A DNA stretch of 62,381 nucleotides, filler included, from Sphacelaria rigidula (lineage: Eukaryota): NCBI GenBank assembly GCA_964200075.2. It is 7 parts of 7 records of this genome, joined end to end, with 100 filler letters (N's around TTAATTAATTAA, not from the genome) between each part and the next. Parts side by side here need not be neighbours in the genome. Positions count along the whole stretch, not along the records: positions 53,557 to 62,381 come from CAXNAA020010013.1; 6 more parts are not named here. One strand, written 5' to 3'. Position numbers and translations under genes: made by a program. This document shows, piece after piece, positions 60,378 through 62,381 of the stretch. Every line of letters starts with the position of its first letter. Position 1 is the first letter of the stretch. Below the pieces are notes generated by a model. The model had not been told where the DNA came from. It saw only the letters and a program-made list of their open reading frames with translations, and did not search any database.

Positions 60378-61997
60378 ATGGCTGCCCAGGAGATCCGGGA
60401 TCGACGCAGTCTGACGGGGGACTCACTTGGTAAGTCCTTGGTTACCTTCTCCGGTGAAGCTTCGAAGCAACCGGGAGAATGGCGGATCTTCGAGCAGTTG
60501 TTTCTCGCAACCATCAGAGAGTTGGGTGTGGGAGATGTCCTTACAGGAAGGCTGAGGATGCCCGAGGCGCCAGCCGCAACTGCGAATGAAGCAGCCAGGA
60601 CTGCCCACATCAGCGCAGTAGCAAACTTTCAAGAAAAAAACGGAATTTTGTATGGGCGACTACTGATGAGTGTCTCGCAAGGGCCTCTAGGATACTCGAG
60701 CCCAGCAGTAGCGACAGTTATAGCCCATGGGCCCGCTCACAATGAGATGAATGGGGATGGCTATGGTGCCTTTCACGCCCTGAAATCGAAATATGACGTG
60801 ACGGAGAGTTTTCGCAGTTGGGATCTCGAAGAACGACTGACTGCAGCAAATATGCGAAGCGAAGACAACTTGGATCCATCGCGCCTGATCCAAGAAATAA
60901 GAAGTATCCAAACCAACTTTACGGCGATAGGACAGCCACAGACGTCGAGTCATCTTGCCCGCAAGCTGTACCGCTCTCTTCCGGACAAGCACTATCAATC
61001 GTTCAAGGCTGTATACACCCAGCAGGTGACAAGCCAGGAAGACTTTGACTTTGAAGACCTGGCTCGTCGGGCAATTTCGTACTTCAATATACAGCTAAGA
61101 CACAGTGTGAAGTCACCCTCAAAGGTGGGAGATGAGAGAGCGCTAGCTACACACACTGGTAGAGCACGTGGATTTGGGCGACCCAGGAATAAGGGAACCA
61201 CCGATAAAGCTAAGAAGGAAAAATCAGGTGCAGATGACTCCACCGAACTGGATGAAAACGGAAACTGCGGTTATTGCCATGGACCTAATCACAGCTATAG
61301 CGAATGTAGGCGGCGTTTTACGTGCCATTATTGTAAGCGTCCTGGACACGTAGCAAAACATTGCGAGTTGAAAGAAAAACATAGAAAAGAATATGGTGGC
61401 AAACCACAGGGCGCAAGGGCAAACAGGTCAAAGGTTCAAAACGACGATGAAGAAACCACCGTGGCCTGGTGCAGCCGCGTTGTGAATGAGGGTGATGGCA
61501 CCGTGGTGAGCACATACAAGAGCACAGAAAGCGATGAGATTCATAATGTGTTCCTTGACTGTGCGGCAAATGCACACATGCTCGACTCGTCATCGGCTTT
61601 AGTTAAGAACGTGTCAGACCTTGAGGAGTGCAAGGCACGAGTCCAAGGTTCCTGCGGAATGAATTACGCTAACTCGAAAGGCCGGCTACACTTCACACCG
61701 AGGACTGTTAAAGGACGGCTAATCACAGTGAATCTCGAGGTCCTGCTTGTGCCAAAACTGGGAGCAGATCTATTTTCTGTTGGAGCTCTAGAAGAGAAGG
61801 GCGTGCGTTTGAATCTACTCCGTGACCCTCCTGTGCTAGAATTCGGGGATGAAATATTTCCTGTCAGCAAAGAGGTAAAGCGCATGTTTGTCTTACCAGT
61901 GATGATGGCGCATAAGAAAGAGAAGGTTTTCGTATCAGCACAGGACGAATCGGAATTTGGCATCGACGTTTGGGGCACTGCAATATCAGAACCCTGA
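60378..61997 (+). CDS. Copia Gag-protease ORF
   Basis: Two knuckles (CGYCHGPNHSYSEC, CHYCKRPGHVAKHC); protease VFLDCAANAHM; VLLVPKLGADLFSVG. Confidence 0.9.
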   Translation: MAAQEIRDRRSLTGDSLGKSLVTFSGEASKQPGEWRIFEQLFLATIRELGVGDVLTGRLRMPEAPAATANEAARTAHISAVANFQEKNGILYGRLLMSVSQGPLGYSSPAVATVIAHGPAHNEMNGDGYGAFHALKSKYDVTESFRSWDLEERLTAANMRSEDNLDPSRLIQEIRSIQTNFTAIGQPQTSSHLARKLYRSLPDKHYQSFKAVYTQQVTSQEDFDFEDLARRAISYFNIQLRHSVKSPSKVGDERALATHTGRARGFGRPRNKGTTDKAKKEKSGADDSTELDENGNCGYCHGPNHSYSECRRRFTCHYCKRPGHVAKHCELKEKHRKEYGGKPQGARANRSKVQNDDEETTVAWCSRVVNEGDGTVVSTYKSTESDEIHNVFLDCAANAHMLDSSSALVKNVSDLEECKARVQGSCGMNYANSKGRLHFTPRTVKGRLITVNLEVLLVPKLGADLFSVGALEEKGVRLNLLRDPPVLEFGDEIFPVSKEVKRMFVLPVMMAHKKEKVFVSAQDESEFGIDVWGTAISEP

Positions 61998-62381
61998 AGC
62001 AATTAGCGGAACGAGAAGGAAGTGGTGTCAAGCTGTCCGGAAATGTTCAAGACTTGGACTGCGATGCATGTTCTATATCGAAGCATAAGAAAACGTCGCA
62101 CCCCAGATCTGACCGTCCACGGAGCACAAGGCGACTCGAACTCGTCCACGCCGACCTGTGGGGCCCACACATTATCGAGTCATATACCAAATGCAAGTAC
62201 CTGGTTATGTTCACCGATGATATGACTCGAATACGCTGGATCTACGCTATGAAATCCAAGGACGAAGCAGCCGAAGCACTGAAGAACTTTGTGAAGGACG
62301 TGGCTGATCCGGAGGGGCTCTGCATTGGCCGAATCAGGTGTGATGGTGGTGGTGAGTTTAAGGGAAGATTTTATGAATTGA
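61958..62381 (+). CDS. Copia integrase N-terminus and core (-1 frame relative to gag-PR; partial)
   Basis: WHRRLGHCN..CDACSISKH..LELVHADLWGP..FTDDMTR..W.Y.MKSKDE..IRCDGGGEF. Confidence 0.9.

Larger units (their letters stand above)
60060..62381 (+). mobile_element. Ty1/copia LTR retrotransposon, 5' part (LTR, PBS, gag, PR, IN); runs off the window
   Basis: Copia order gag-PR-GAG_pre-integrase-IN, preceded by an LTR and PBS. Confidence 0.95.

Noticed and set aside
61940-61965. Programmed ribosomal frameshift in copia
   Set aside because: No X XXY YYZ slippery heptamer is evident and copia elements usually have a single ORF; a 1-bp deletion explains it.

Overview
Eukaryotic nuclear DNA, most likely a brown alga (Phaeophyceae), inferred from long repeat-filled GT-AG introns, gene content and repeat families. 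The window is not one locus. It is seven unrelated, size-sorted scaffolds (8828, 8826, 8826, 8826, 8825, 8825, 8825 bp) joined by 100-bp N/TTAATTAATTAA/N linkers. Scaffold A (1-8828): six exons of a PH-PDZ-PH protein, with an intronic mitochondrial nad5 fragment. B (8929-17754): a decayed unknown transposon-like ORF ending in a ~700-bp foldback hairpin, MITEs and the 3' end of a Ty3/gypsy element. C (17855-26680): the first three coding exons of a myosin (- strand), plus SINEs and MITEs. D (26781-35606): a degenerate Ty3/gypsy element (gag-PR-RT-RH-IN, - strand) with extra domains. E (35707-44531): MITEs, a tandem repeat, an RTE LINE fragment and one orphan exon. F (44632-53456): a related Ty3/gypsy element whose integrase is followed by a chromodomain and then a PWWP/Tudor-like domain. 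G (53557-62381): three TG..CA inverted-repeat elements with 5-bp target-site duplications that carry telomere-like repeats, and a young Ty1/copia element. The best novelty candidate is the integrase-chromo-PWWP-like architecture, which could be a self-encoded chromatin-targeting module; its PWWP-like part occurs in two independent, divergent copies.
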